The notes under the pieces were generated by a model. It was given only the letters and a program-made list of their open reading frames with translations. It ran no database searches and was not told the origin of the DNA. A DNA stretch of 64,000 nt, taken from Bacteroidales bacterium. Lineage in GTDB: Bacteria > Bacteroidota > Bacteroidia > Bacteroidales > JAUNSR01. Of this stretch, positions 20,161-28,666 are shown in pieces; the first letter of the stretch is position 1, and each line of letters starts with the position of its first letter. The position numbers and the translations under genes are program-made. Location: assembly GCA_036655755.1 (NCBI GenBank), contig JAVVPN010000004.1, positions 5,143 through 69,142 of the forward strand. The letters are read 5' to 3'.

Positions 20161-20538
20161 ATGGAAATTAAAGGAAGAATTATTCAGATCCTCCCCCTTG
20201 TAACAGGTGTAAGCTCTAAAGGCGAGTGGAAAAAACAAGATTATATTCTTGAAACAGAAGCTCAGTATCCTAAAAAAGTATGTTTCAACGCATGGGGCGA
20301 TAAAGTCGACCAGTTTGCTATCCGCGAAGGCGAAGAGTTGATCGTAAGCATCGACATCGAAAGCCGTGAGTTTAACGGACGCTGGTATACTGATGTTCGT
20401 GCATGGAAAGTGGATCGCGCTCAGGCTGCTACTGCCGATGCGGCTCCTCAGTCATTTGCTGCTCCGTTCCCTCCGCAGGAATATTTTAATCCGCAGCAGG
20501 CTGCCGGAAATAATTCAACAGATGACCTGCCGTTCTGA
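20161..20538 (+). CDS. DUF3127-type OB-fold protein with disordered tail ending in DDLPF (SSB-like)
   Basis: The ORF track gives 20089..20538, and MEIKGRIIQILP at 20161 is the likely start. A globular N-terminal region of about 85 aa is followed by an Ala/Pro/Gln-rich linker. The C-terminus is TDDLPF. Confidence 0.6.
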   Translation: MEIKGRIIQILPLVTGVSSKGEWKKQDYILETEAQYPKKVCFNAWGDKVDQFAIREGEELIVSIDIESREFNGRWYTDVRAWKVDRAQAATADAAPQSFAAPFPPQEYFNPQQAAGNNSTDDLPF

Positions 20539-20569
20539 TAAATTCGGTTTTCTTGAAAAATATATGAGA

Positions 20570-20604
20570 AGAGATGTCGCGATTACTACGGCATCTCTTT
20601 TTTA
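20570..20604 (+). terminator. Intrinsic terminator of the DUF3127 gene
   Basis: AGAGATGTCG...CGGCATCTCT is followed by TTTTTT. Confidence 0.7.
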
Positions 20605-20605
20605 T

Positions 20606-21004
20606 TTATGGATGCATTTGCATACCGATAATCATTCCTATAAAATATGGAATCAACCAGATGCACCAAACCAAAACGCTGAAACGGCTGAAGTGCTTTT
20701 TAGCGGCAGCCGATCCTCTGAAATAGGTCCAGTATGCCCATACTGCATGAATCAGCATCAGGCTGATTGCAATAAATCCCGTAATAGTATGGAGTTCGTT
20801 GTGGCGGTGTGTCAATACGGCAATATGCTCCATTAAAGAGGTGCCTACCGTATCACAGATCAATCCCAGTGTGAAAAACACCAGATGCCAGGGGCGCAAT
20901 CCTTTCTGAATACGCTCGCCCCATACCCCTATTGTATAACAGATTAATGCTGACGAAATAACAACTATCGCGGCTATTAAAAAGCGGATATCTACTGCTT
21001 CCAT
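20606..21004 (-). CDS. Small 4-TM integral membrane protein, HsmA/TIGR03987-like (tentative)
   Basis: The 132-aa protein has four hydrophobic helices with intramembrane His residues (WHLVFF, HRHNELH, LIHAVWAY). The family assignment is from memory only. Confidence 0.45.
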   Translation of the reverse strand: MEAVDIRFLIAAIVVISSALICYTIGVWGERIQKGLRPWHLVFFTLGLICDTVGTSLMEHIAVLTHRHNELHTITGFIAISLMLIHAVWAYWTYFRGSAAAKKHFSRFSVLVWCIWLIPYFIGMIIGMQMHP

Positions 21005-21175
21005 AATTTATTTTGGTTGTTTTTCTTATATAACGAATTTTACCGCAAGTGGTTCTGTCTGCTGTTCATATTCGCTCTTCTGTTTGGTGCTCTTCTGTTT
21101 TAAAATGGGTGACTTTACTTTTTATTATTCTTCAAGTTGGATTCAAATGTTGTTCAAGAGGCACATTTGTGTACC

Positions 21176-21247
21176 TCACGAGAGACACAAGTGTTCCTCT
21201 TGAAGCACACATGTGTGCGTCAAGAGGAACATAAGTGCCTCTCGTGA
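21176..21247 (-). repeat. 72-nt long imperfect palindrome (hairpin)
   Basis: The arms are TCACGAGAG...GTTCCTCTTGA-A-GCACACATGTGTGC-G-TCAAGAGGAAC...CTCTCGTGA. The core 21193..21230 is a near-perfect 38-bp palindrome. Confidence 0.8.
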
Positions 21248-21342
21248 TGCATCAATATGTTGTTCAAGAAGTTATCGTTTTAGTACAAGCATGAAAATGA
21301 AAACGGATACTAAACGGATTAATCGGGGGGTAGGAGGAAGTA

Positions 21343-21594
21343 TTATTGAGCGGATAAAGCTACGTAAAGGATTAAAGCCGACGATAAATAATTTATTGAA
21401 GAATAAATTAATGAGGTTTTGAATGATTTCTTTGTTAGTTTAGCGATGCTCATATATAAGCTGACTAAAAATGGCGTAAATAAGACAGTCGTAACTAATA
21501 AATTAGAATCATAGATATAGGTTAGCCAACTGTATACGGCACCGATACTAATGGTTGCTGCCACAATTGTTGCTATGAGAGATGCTTTTTTCAT
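21343..21594 (-). CDS. Hypothetical small membrane protein (about 83 aa)
   Basis: The ORF track gives 21343..21639. The Met at 21594 (MKKASLIATIVAATISIGAV) lies downstream of the glyA terminator hairpin. The protein has two hydrophobic helices and an AT-rich coding sequence. Confidence 0.35.
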   Translation of the reverse strand: MKKASLIATIVAATISIGAVYSWLTYIYDSNLLVTTVLFTPFLVSLYMSIAKLTKKSFKTSLIYSSINYLSSALILYVALSAQ

Positions 21595-21626
21595 AAAATA
21601 AGGGTAAATATTTAACGAAACAAAAT

Positions 21627-21659
21627 GAGGGCATGCCAATAGGGAAGTGGCACGCCCTC
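21627..21659 (-). terminator. Intrinsic terminator of glyA
   Basis: GAGGGCATGCCA-loop-TGGCACGCCCTC is followed by T-rich sequence on the minus strand. Confidence 0.65.
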
Positions 21660-21681
21660 GTTTATATTTTTACCGAATCAG

Positions 21682-22962
21682 TTAATACGCAAACAGTGGA
21701 TATTTTTCCATTGTGGTATTTACACGATCACGTATAGATGCGATTACATGATCATTGTCGGCATGCGACAAAACGATTTCAATCATTTCGGCGATTTCTG
21801 CCATCAGATCCTCTTTGGCGCCACGGGTTGTGATAGCCGGAGTACCTAAGCGGATACCGGATGTCTGGAAAGCGGAGCGACTGTCAAACGGAACCATGTT
21901 TTTGTTGCAGGTGATATCTGCCGCCACCAGTGCTTTTTCGGCTTGTTTGCCGGTCAGTTCAGGATATTTGCTGCGTAAATCAATCAGCATGGAGTGATTG
22001 TCTGTTCCGTCAGATACCACTTTGAAGCCTCGTTTCATTAACTCTTCAGCCAGTTTGGCCGCATTTTTCTGTACCTGTTTCTGATACTCTTTATATTCGG
22101 GTTGCAGACATTCGCCGAATGCTACTGCTTTTGCGGCAATGACATGTTCGAGCGGACCGCCCTGGATACCCGGGAATACGGCAGAGTCAAGACAAGCCGA
22201 CATCGTTTTTATTTCGCCTTTCGGAGTTTTCTGTCCTTTCGGATTCGGAAAATCTTCCCTCATCAGGATTACACCGCCGCGAGGGCCGCGTAATGTTTTG
22301 TGGGTGGTCGATGTTACGATGTGTGCATATTTTAATGGATTCTCTAATAATCCTGCGGCAATCAGGCCAGCCGGATGAGCCATATCAATAAGTAGGATTG
22401 CCCCCACTTTATCTGCGATTTCGCGCATCCGTTTATAATCCCATTCACGAGAATAAGCAGATCCGCCTCCGATAATCATTTTAGGTTTTTCGCGCAATGC
22501 GATCGCTTCCATTTCGTCGTAATCAACGCGACCTGTTTCTTCATTCAGATTGTAAGCAATCGGAGTGTAGATCAGACCGGATGAATTAACCGCCGAACCA
22601 TGCGAAAGGTGACCTCCGTGCGCCAGATTCAACCCCATGAACTTATCGCCCGGATTCAATACTGCCAGAAATACAGCTTCATTGGCTTGGGCGCCCGAAT
22701 GTGGCTGAACGTTTGCCCATGAAGCGCCAAAAATCTCCTTCAGACGATCAATGGCAATCTGCTCACTCTGATCAACTATCTCGCAACCGCCGTAATAGCG
22801 TTTCCCGGGATAGCCTTCTGCATATTTATTGGTTAAGACTGAGCCCATCGCCTCCATTACCTGATCACTCACAAAGTTCTCTGAAGCAATTAGTTCGATG
22901 CCCTTAAGCTGACGCTGCTTTTCTTTAGCAATGATGTCGAAAATAATGTCGTCTCTTTTCAT
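21682..22962 (-). CDS. glyA: Serine hydroxymethyltransferase
   Basis: The protein shows ELIASENF and the PLP-lysine motif [15 protein letters not shown]. Confidence 0.95.
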   Translation of the reverse strand: MKRDDIIFDIIAKEKQRQLKGIELIASENFVSDQVMEAMGSVLTNKYAEGYPGKRYYGGCEIVDQSEQIAIDRLKEIFGASWANVQPHSGAQANEAVFLAVLNPGDKFMGLNLAHGGHLSHGSAVNSSGLIYTPIAYNLNEETGRVDYDEMEAIALREKPKMIIGGGSAYSREWDYKRMREIADKVGAILLIDMAHPAGLIAAGLLENPLKYAHIVTSTTHKTLRGPRGGVILMREDFPNPKGQKTPKGEIKTMSACLDSAVFPGIQGGPLEHVIAAKAVAFGECLQPEYKEYQKQVQKNAAKLAEELMKRGFKVVSDGTDNHSMLIDLRSKYPELTGKQAEKALVAADITCNKNMVPFDSRSAFQTSGIRLGTPAITTRGAKEDLMAEIAEMIEIVLSHADNDHVIASIRDRVNTTMEKYPLFAY

Positions 22963-23136
22963 TTGGATAAATGTTTTAGGGATAAGTACACTATAACAAA
23001 TATAGAAATAAGTAATGAAACGGGGATGAATTAAAACAAAAAGCGGGTGAATTTATTCATTTACTGATTATGTGCCATTTTTTACTTAAAATATGCGTAT
23101 ATTTAACGCCCTTTTGGTAAAAACACGCTAATTCTT

Positions 23137-23721
23137 TTATTTCTTCTTCGTTTTTTTGTCTTTTTTCATTACGCTCCATCCAAATCGGCCCACATGTTTA
23201 CCGGTTTCGTAATAGTTACCGTGGGTATATACAAGCAGGTTGGCTTTTGCCAGATGAAATGCCTGTGTTTCGGGATCGATGTATTTGTCGTCGGCCTGCA
23301 CGTTTACCACTTCGGCGATAAACATGTCATGACTTCCGAGTGATTTTATTTCCACTACGCGACATTCGATGCATACGGGTGATTCGTCGATTGTCGGGCA
23401 GCTTACCACGCTGGCTTTGCCGGGGGTGAGCTTCATTTCTTCAAATTTATTGTAGTCCTTACCGGAGCGTACGCCACACCAGTCGGTGGCAAAAGCCATC
23501 TCTTTGGTGGTAAGGTTTATCACAAATTCGCCGTTCTTTTTAATGATCGGATAAGAGTGCCGCTCAGGTCGTACCGAAATATAGCACATAGGCGGGTTCG
23601 TACAGATTGTTCCGGTCCAGCTTACGGTAATGATGTTGTATTCTTCCGGAGTGTTTCCGCAACTGATCATTACGGCAGGAAGCGGATAGATCATTGTTCC
23701 CGGTTTCCAGTCTTGCTTCAT
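23137..23721 (-). CDS. Flavin reductase-like domain protein
   Basis: The 194-aa protein shows PLPAVMISCG...ITVSWTG...PPMCYISVRP, typical of the Flavin_Reduct split barrel. It is probably co-transcribed with pyrBI. Confidence 0.75.
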   Translation of the reverse strand: MKQDWKPGTMIYPLPAVMISCGNTPEEYNIITVSWTGTICTNPPMCYISVRPERHSYPIIKKNGEFVINLTTKEMAFATDWCGVRSGKDYNKFEEMKLTPGKASVVSCPTIDESPVCIECRVVEIKSLGSHDMFIAEVVNVQADDKYIDPETQAFHLAKANLLVYTHGNYYETGKHVGRFGWSVMKKDKKTKKK

Positions 23722-23730
23722 AGGGTTTGG

Positions 23731-24192
23731 TTATAATAATTCGATGTCTTCTTTTTGCATGATCCGTTCGCAGTAATGACATTTCACACGAATCTGATCT
23801 TTGTCGAGTACTTTAAAAACGGTTGGCATCGGTTCATTGTTCGTTACGCATTTGGGATTCGAACATTTTACGATACCGTTGAGATGATCGGGCAAATGTA
23901 CGTTCTTTTTTTCAATCACTTCATAGTTGCGGATGATGTTGAGTTTAACCTGAGGCGCGATTACGGCGATTCGGTTGATTTCATCTTCGCGGAAAAACTT
24001 GTCGGCGATTTTGATGATCCCTTTCTTGCCGATTTTTTTGCTGTCGAGGTTATTGCCGATGGTAATGTTGTTGCCGAGTTTCTGCAATCCCAGCAATTCT
24101 ACTACTTTAAACAGGGCATCCGAGGGAATATGGTCGATTACAGTACCGTTTTCGAGCGCTGCTACTTCTAATTCTTTATGGTTGGTCTTCAT
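23731..24192 (-). CDS. pyrI: Aspartate carbamoyltransferase regulatory subunit
   Basis: The 153-aa protein contains GTVIDHI and C-terminal zinc cysteines (CSNPKC...CHYC). Confidence 0.9.
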   Translation of the reverse strand: MKTNHKELEVAALENGTVIDHIPSDALFKVVELLGLQKLGNNITIGNNLDSKKIGKKGIIKIADKFFREDEINRIAVIAPQVKLNIIRNYEVIEKKNVHLPDHLNGIVKCSNPKCVTNNEPMPTVFKVLDKDQIRVKCHYCERIMQKEDIELL

Positions 24193-24198
24193 ATGGAT

Positions 24199-25122
24199 TT
24201 ACTTTTCGAGCGGATTAATACCAAGATGTTTGCAAATGATTGCCTGACGGGCATAAAGTCCGTTTTTAGCTTGTTGGAAATAGTATGCTTTCGGATTTTC
24301 ATCCACATCGTATGCGATTTCATTCACACGGGGTAGGGGATGCAGGATGCGTACGTTCTCCTTGCTGTTGTCGAGCATGGCATTGTGAAGGGTGTATACG
24401 TTTTTCACCTTTTCATATTCTACCAGATCGGTAAAGCGCTCGCGCTGCACGCGGGTCATGTAGATGATGTCGGCCTTGCCAATCACTTCGTCTGTGAAAT
24501 CGGTGTGCTCATAATAGGCGATCCCTTTTTCCTCGCAAAACTGTTTGTATTCGTGCGGCATGCGTAATTCGTCGGGCGCTACAAAATGGAATACGGGGTT
24601 GAAATGCGACATCGCCTGTAGTAACGAGTGGACCGTGCGGCCGTATTTCAGGTCGCCTACCATTACGATATTCAGATTCTCGAGGGTACCTTGTGTTTTC
24701 CAGATCGAATACAAATCGAGCATGGTTTGTGACGGATGCTGATTGGCTCCGTCGCCGGCATTTACGATCGGCACGTCGGATACCTCCGATGCGTAGCGGG
24801 CGGCTCCTTCCAGGTGGTGGCGCATTACGATCAGGTCGGCATAATTGCTAACCATCTTAATGGTGTCTTTCAGGGTTTCTCCTTTCGACGAGCTGGTTGT
24901 GGATGCATCCGAAAAGCCGATAATACGTCCGCCCAAGCGGTTTACGGCTGTTTCAAAACTCAGGCGTGTACGGGTAGAGGGCTCGAAAAACAGGGTGGCA
25001 ATCACTCTTCCGCTCAGAATCGTCTGGTTCGGATGTTCTTCAAAATAGCGTGCTTGATCGAGCAACGAAAGAATCTCCTCTTTTGAGAGGTCGGTAATGG
25101 ATACGAAACTTTCTGTGGTCAT
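24199..25122 (-). CDS. pyrB: Aspartate carbamoyltransferase catalytic subunit
   Basis: The ORF track gives 24199..25227. The likely start is the Met at 25122 ([18 protein letters not shown]). The protein shows [17 protein letters not shown] and HPLPR motifs. Confidence 0.9.
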   Translation of the reverse strand: MTTESFVSITDLSKEEILSLLDQARYFEEHPNQTILSGRVIATLFFEPSTRTRLSFETAVNRLGGRIIGFSDASTTSSSKGETLKDTIKMVSNYADLIVMRHHLEGAARYASEVSDVPIVNAGDGANQHPSQTMLDLYSIWKTQGTLENLNIVMVGDLKYGRTVHSLLQAMSHFNPVFHFVAPDELRMPHEYKQFCEEKGIAYYEHTDFTDEVIGKADIIYMTRVQRERFTDLVEYEKVKNVYTLHNAMLDNSKENVRILHPLPRVNEIAYDVDENPKAYYFQQAKNGLYARQAIICKHLGINPLEK

Positions 25123-25168
25123 AATGACAGGCTTTATTAATGTTTTATTGTTATAATCGATTTGTTCT

Positions 25169-25333
25169 TTACTGTAAGGAGGGGGTGCCCCCGGATAATA
25201 AAAAAACCAATCTGCCAGGGTAGGCAAATTGGTTTACAATATAATGGGTAAAAAATGTCAGTTTGGGAAAACAGCAATGATTCTCCAAAAAATTGAAGAC
25301 AATCGGTGTGATATGGTGAATCCTTGCTTTCAT
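25169..25333 (-). CDS. Putative pyrBI leader peptide (54 aa), translated through the attenuator hairpin
   Basis: I derived this codon by codon: [54 protein letters not shown]. Its ATG is the first one downstream of a TAAATTTG -7 box. It is below the length cutoff of the ORF track. Confidence 0.4.
   Translation of the reverse strand: MKARIHHITPIVFNFLENHCCFPKLTFFTHYIVNQFAYPGRLVFLLSGGTPSLQ
25198..25234 (-). terminator. Intrinsic terminator (attenuator) in the pyrB leader
   Basis: The minus-strand RNA is AACCAAUUUGCC-UACCCU-GGCAGAUUGGUU followed by UUUUUAUUAU. That is a 12-bp stem with one G.U pair. No upstream minus-strand gene is present that it could terminate. Confidence 0.65.
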
Positions 25334-25340
25334 TACGTGG

Positions 25341-25348
25341 CAAATTTA
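25341..25348 (-). promoter_or_regulatory. -7 box TAAATTTG for the pyr leader/pyrBI transcript
   Basis: This is an exact TAnnTTTG match on the minus strand, 7 nt upstream of the leader ATG. A second box, TATATTTG, lies at 25359..25366. Confidence 0.45.
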
Positions 25349-25433
25349 CGAAAAAAAGCAAATATAAAAACCTTTCTACTTAATTTTTACAGTTGGAATG
25401 CCTCTTTGCGGTCTTCGTTCCGATTAAAAATAT

Positions 25434-25441
25434 TACTTTTG
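25434..25441 (+). promoter_or_regulatory. -7 box TACTTTTG upstream of the PBP1A gene
   Basis: This is an exact TAnnTTTG match 29 nt upstream of the ATG at 25471. Confidence 0.45.
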
Positions 25442-25470
25442 CGGCGTAACCAGAATGTGGACTTTAGAAG

Positions 25471-27819
25471 ATGAGTAAGAAAAAAACATTTTTAAAACGA
25501 TTCGTTCTTTTTTGCTGGGCCTTGTTTTTCCTCGGGGTGTTTTCGGTAGCGACGGTGTTCGTGCTGATTGCAAAGGGGAAAGTGGGATACATGCCTCCCA
25601 TTGAGGAGCTTGAAAATCCGAAAAACAAGTTTGCCACGGTCGTTTACTCGGCAGATAATGTGGAGTTGGGCCGGTTTACGCAAGCGAAAGAGAATCGCGT
25701 TTATGTCAATTATAAACAATTGTCGCCCTATTTGGTGCAGGCATTGGTCGCTACCGAGGATAGTCGTTTTAGCGAACACTCGGGTATCGATGTGAAAGCT
25801 TTATTTCGCGCAATCATTAAAACGGTGATTTTGCAACAGAAAAATGCAGGGGGTGGTAGTACCATTACTCAGCAGCTGGCCAAACAGCTTTATTCGCCAA
25901 GTGCGGATAATATTTTGGAACGTGCGTTGCAAAAACCGATTGAATGGGTGATTGCGGTTGAATTGGAGCGCCTCTATACGAAGGAGGAGATCATCAATAT
26001 GTACCTGAATAAATTCGACTTTAATTATAATGCGGTAGGTATCCGTACGGCGTCGAATGTTTATTTCGGGAAGACTCCTTCTACGTTGAGTATTGAAGAG
26101 GCGGCTACTTTGGTGGGTATGTGTAAAAACCCATCGTTGTTTAATCCGTTGCGTCGTAATGAGCGCACGCGCGGACGTCGTAATGTAGTGCTTGATCAGA
26201 TGGCTAAAGGGGGATATCTGAGCGAGGCGCAGGCCGATTCGCTTAAACAGCTTCCGCTGACGCTGTCGTTTCATAAAGCAGACCATAAAGAGGGGCTTGC
26301 GCCTTACTTCCGCGAATATCTGCGTGGGGTGATGCGTGCCAAAAAACCGGAGCGTAAAAATTACGCATCCTGGCAGACTCAGAAGTTTAAAGAGGATTCG
26401 GTGGCATGGGAAACCAATCCGCTGTTCGGATGGTGTAACAAAAACCTGAAGCCGGACGGTACACCGTATGATCTGACTGCCGACGGATTGCGGATTTTCA
26501 CTACACTCGATTCGCACATGCAGCAATATGCCGAAGAAGCGGTAACCGATCATTTGAGCAAAGTATTGCAACCGGCTTTCTTTAAGGAAAAGGCGAGTCG
26601 CAAATACGGGCCGTTTTCGAAAGATCTGACTCCGGAAGAGGTAGAGGCAAGTATGCGCCGTACGATGCGTCAGAGCGAACGTTATATTAAGATGCGCCAG
26701 GCAGGCGTGAGTGAACAGGAGATTGTGAAGGCGTTTAACACGCCGACGGACATGCAGGTGTTTACCTGGGGAGGAATGAAGGATACGGTGATGACTCCGA
26801 TGGATTCGATCCGCTATCAGAAATACTTCCTGCGTGCCGGCTTCATGTCGATGGATCCGAAAACCGGATATGTGAAGGCTTATGTAGGCGGACCGGATTT
26901 CAGCAATTTCCAGTATGATATGGTTACTTCCGGGCGACGTCAGGTAGGTTCTACCATCAAGCCGTTCCTTTATACATTGGCGATGGAAGAGGGGCGTACG
27001 CCTTGCGATATGGAGTCGAATACACAACCTCATCTTGTGGATGAAAATGGTACTCCGTGGTTGCCGCGTAACGCATCGAGTGCTCGTGTAGGCGAAATGG
27101 TTACATTGCGCTGGGGACTTGCGAATTCGAACAACTGGATTTCGGCCCGATTGATGGATAAATTATCGCCGTATGCTTTTGTGCGGTTGCTTCACTCTTT
27201 CGGTGTGCGTAATCAGATCGATCCGGTGATTTCACTTTGCCTTGGGCCGTCGGAAGTGTCGGTAGAGGAGATGGTAACCGGTTATTCTGCATTCCCGAAT
27301 AAAGGAATCCGAATCGACCCGTTGTATGTAACCCGTATCGAAGATAATAACGGAAACGTGATTGCCGAATTTACACCGCAGATGCATGAAGTGTTTAGCG
27401 AAGCGACATATTTTAAAATGTTGCCGATGTTGCGTGATGTAATTGATTATGGTACCGGAGGCCGTGTGCGCCGTATTTACGGATTGACAGCGCCGATGGG
27501 TGGTAAAACCGGAACAACGAACAATAACTCGGATGGTTGGTTTATGGCTTTCACTCCTTCTTTGGTTTCAGGAACCTGGGTTGGAGGAGAAGAGCGAGCT
27601 ATCCGCTTTGATAATATGGCTCAGGGACAAGGGGCGAGCATGGCTCTTCCGATTTACGGAGAATTCATGAAGAAGGTCTATGCGGACCCTACCTTGCCAT
27701 ACTCTCAGACCGATGATTTCGATATGACAAATCCGATTGACCCTTGTGCGGACGGCAGTTCTTATGGAAATGAAGAACCCGGACAGCAGCAGGAGGTGAT
27801 TGAGGGTATTTTTGATTAA
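25471..27819 (+). CDS. mrcA: Penicillin-binding protein 1A (bifunctional glycosyltransferase/transpeptidase)
   Basis: The GT51 motifs ATEDSRFSEHSGID and GGSTITQQLAK are present. The transpeptidase motifs STIKP and KTGTT are also present. Confidence 0.9.
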   Translation: MSKKKTFLKRFVLFCWALFFLGVFSVATVFVLIAKGKVGYMPPIEELENPKNKFATVVYSADNVELGRFTQAKENRVYVNYKQLSPYLVQALVATEDSRFSEHSGIDVKALFRAIIKTVILQQKNAGGGSTITQQLAKQLYSPSADNILERALQKPIEWVIAVELERLYTKEEIINMYLNKFDFNYNAVGIRTASNVYFGKTPSTLSIEEAATLVGMCKNPSLFNPLRRNERTRGRRNVVLDQMAKGGYLSEAQADSLKQLPLTLSFHKADHKEGLAPYFREYLRGVMRAKKPERKNYASWQTQKFKEDSVAWETNPLFGWCNKNLKPDGTPYDLTADGLRIFTTLDSHMQQYAEEAVTDHLSKVLQPAFFKEKASRKYGPFSKDLTPEEVEASMRRTMRQSERYIKMRQAGVSEQEIVKAFNTPTDMQVFTWGGMKDTVMTPMDSIRYQKYFLRAGFMSMDPKTGYVKAYVGGPDFSNFQYDMVTSGRRQVGSTIKPFLYTLAMEEGRTPCDMESNTQPHLVDENGTPWLPRNASSARVGEMVTLRWGLANSNNWISARLMDKLSPYAFVRLLHSFGVRNQIDPVISLCLGPSEVSVEEMVTGYSAFPNKGIRIDPLYVTRIEDNNGNVIAEFTPQMHEVFSEATYFKMLPMLRDVIDYGTGGRVRRIYGLTAPMGGKTGTTNNNSDGWFMAFTPSLVSGTWVGGEERAIRFDNMAQGQGASMALPIYGEFMKKVYADPTLPYSQTDDFDMTNPIDPCADGSSYGNEEPGQQQEVIEGIFD

Positions 27820-27853
27820 ACCTATCAGCTCGTAGAAACGGGCGATGACAGAT

Positions 27854-27899
27854 AAAAAAAGCTCGGGTGTATCTTAAAGCGATACGCCCGAGCTTTTTT
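27854..27899. terminator. Bidirectional terminator between the PBP1A gene and the cpsB-like gene
   Basis: AAAAAAAGCTCGGGTGTATC-TTAAAGC-GATACGCCCGAGCTTTTTT. Confidence 0.8.
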
Positions 27900-27915
27900 A
27901 GTATATATTAGGTAG

Positions 27916-28650
27916 TTAAATCAAATCATTCTTCAATTGTAGTTTCGGACGGAGCTTGCGGTAAAGCTTGCTGCGCAGGAACTGATCAATGGCTTGTACA
28001 TGTTGTTTGTGATGTAAATCGGTAGCCATGAAGTCGATGAATCCTTTTTCAAGCATCCATAGGGTGAGGTCTTGAATCCCTTTGCCGTAACAACCGGCCA
28101 TCGATAAGATATTTACTTGAAAGGCGCATTCGGATTCGTGTAAATGCTGGTAAATTTTCTTATTCGTATGGTAATAGGAGTAGCGTTCGGGATGTGCGAG
28201 TATCGGTTTGTATCCTTGTAGTTTCAGTTCGAAAATAAGATCGTCGAGATTCCATAAGGGCTGGATAAACGAATTTTCGACCAGGATGTATTTGTCTTTT
28301 AGCGGCCGTAATTGATTAGCATCTTTGAGCCGGATAAACCCTTCGTCCATGCGGTATTCGAAAGAATAGTTCAACCCCAAGTCGATGCCATGATCCTGTA
28401 ATTGTTTTTTTAATTCCAGATAAATGGGTTCGATGATTTCGGGGGTGTTCTCAAACGTTTCGTCCGTACGGTGTGGAGTGGCAATTACCTTGCGTATTCC
28501 CCATTCGTGCATTTTCCCGATCAGTTCGAGTGAGGTTTCAAAATCCTGAGATCCGTCATCGACGCCCGGGATGATGTGGCAATGTATATCGGTTTCAAAA
28601 GGAAGAGGCAACATTTCCTCTTCCTTCTTTTTAAATAAAAAGTCAAACAT
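27916..28650 (-). CDS. CpsB/CapC-type PHP-family protein-tyrosine phosphatase
   Basis: The 244-aa protein shows DIHCHIIPGVDDG, ATPH and LAHPERY motifs. Confidence 0.75.
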   Translation of the reverse strand: MFDFLFKKKEEEMLPLPFETDIHCHIIPGVDDGSQDFETSLELIGKMHEWGIRKVIATPHRTDETFENTPEIIEPIYLELKKQLQDHGIDLGLNYSFEYRMDEGFIRLKDANQLRPLKDKYILVENSFIQPLWNLDDLIFELKLQGYKPILAHPERYSYYHTNKKIYQHLHESECAFQVNILSMAGCYGKGIQDLTLWMLEKGFIDFMATDLHHKQHVQAIDQFLRSKLYRKLRPKLQLKNDLI

Positions 28651-28666
28651 AAGCGGTAATAGCTTT

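Noticed and set aside
21049-21422. Two plus-strand ORFs (61 aa and 69 aa) spanning the palindrome cluster. I also considered whether the repeats could be a CRISPR array.
   Set aside because: The ORF sequences are dictated by the inverted repeats, are Cys/Ser/Arg-rich, and lack start-codon context. The repeats alternate in orientation, lack regular repeat-spacer periodicity, and no cas genes are nearby, so this is not a CRISPR array.
25137-25361. The 74-aa minus-strand ORF from the ORF track in the pyrB upstream region.
   Set aside because: Its ATG at 25361 lies inside or upstream of both predicted -7 boxes (25341-25348 and 25359-25366), so it would not be on the transcript. I prefer the 54-codon ORF in a different frame starting at 25333, although that ORF is also unproven.
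25801-27033. A 410-aa ORF antisense to the PBP1A gene. Similar long antisense ORFs occur at 2428..3171, 40505..41065, 18002..18412 and 24736..25086.
   Set aside because: Each lies entirely inside a confidently identified gene on the opposite strand. Their translations are Arg/His/Ser/Leu-rich low-complexity sequence with no recognisable motifs. They are typical shadow ORFs produced by the codon bias of the true gene.
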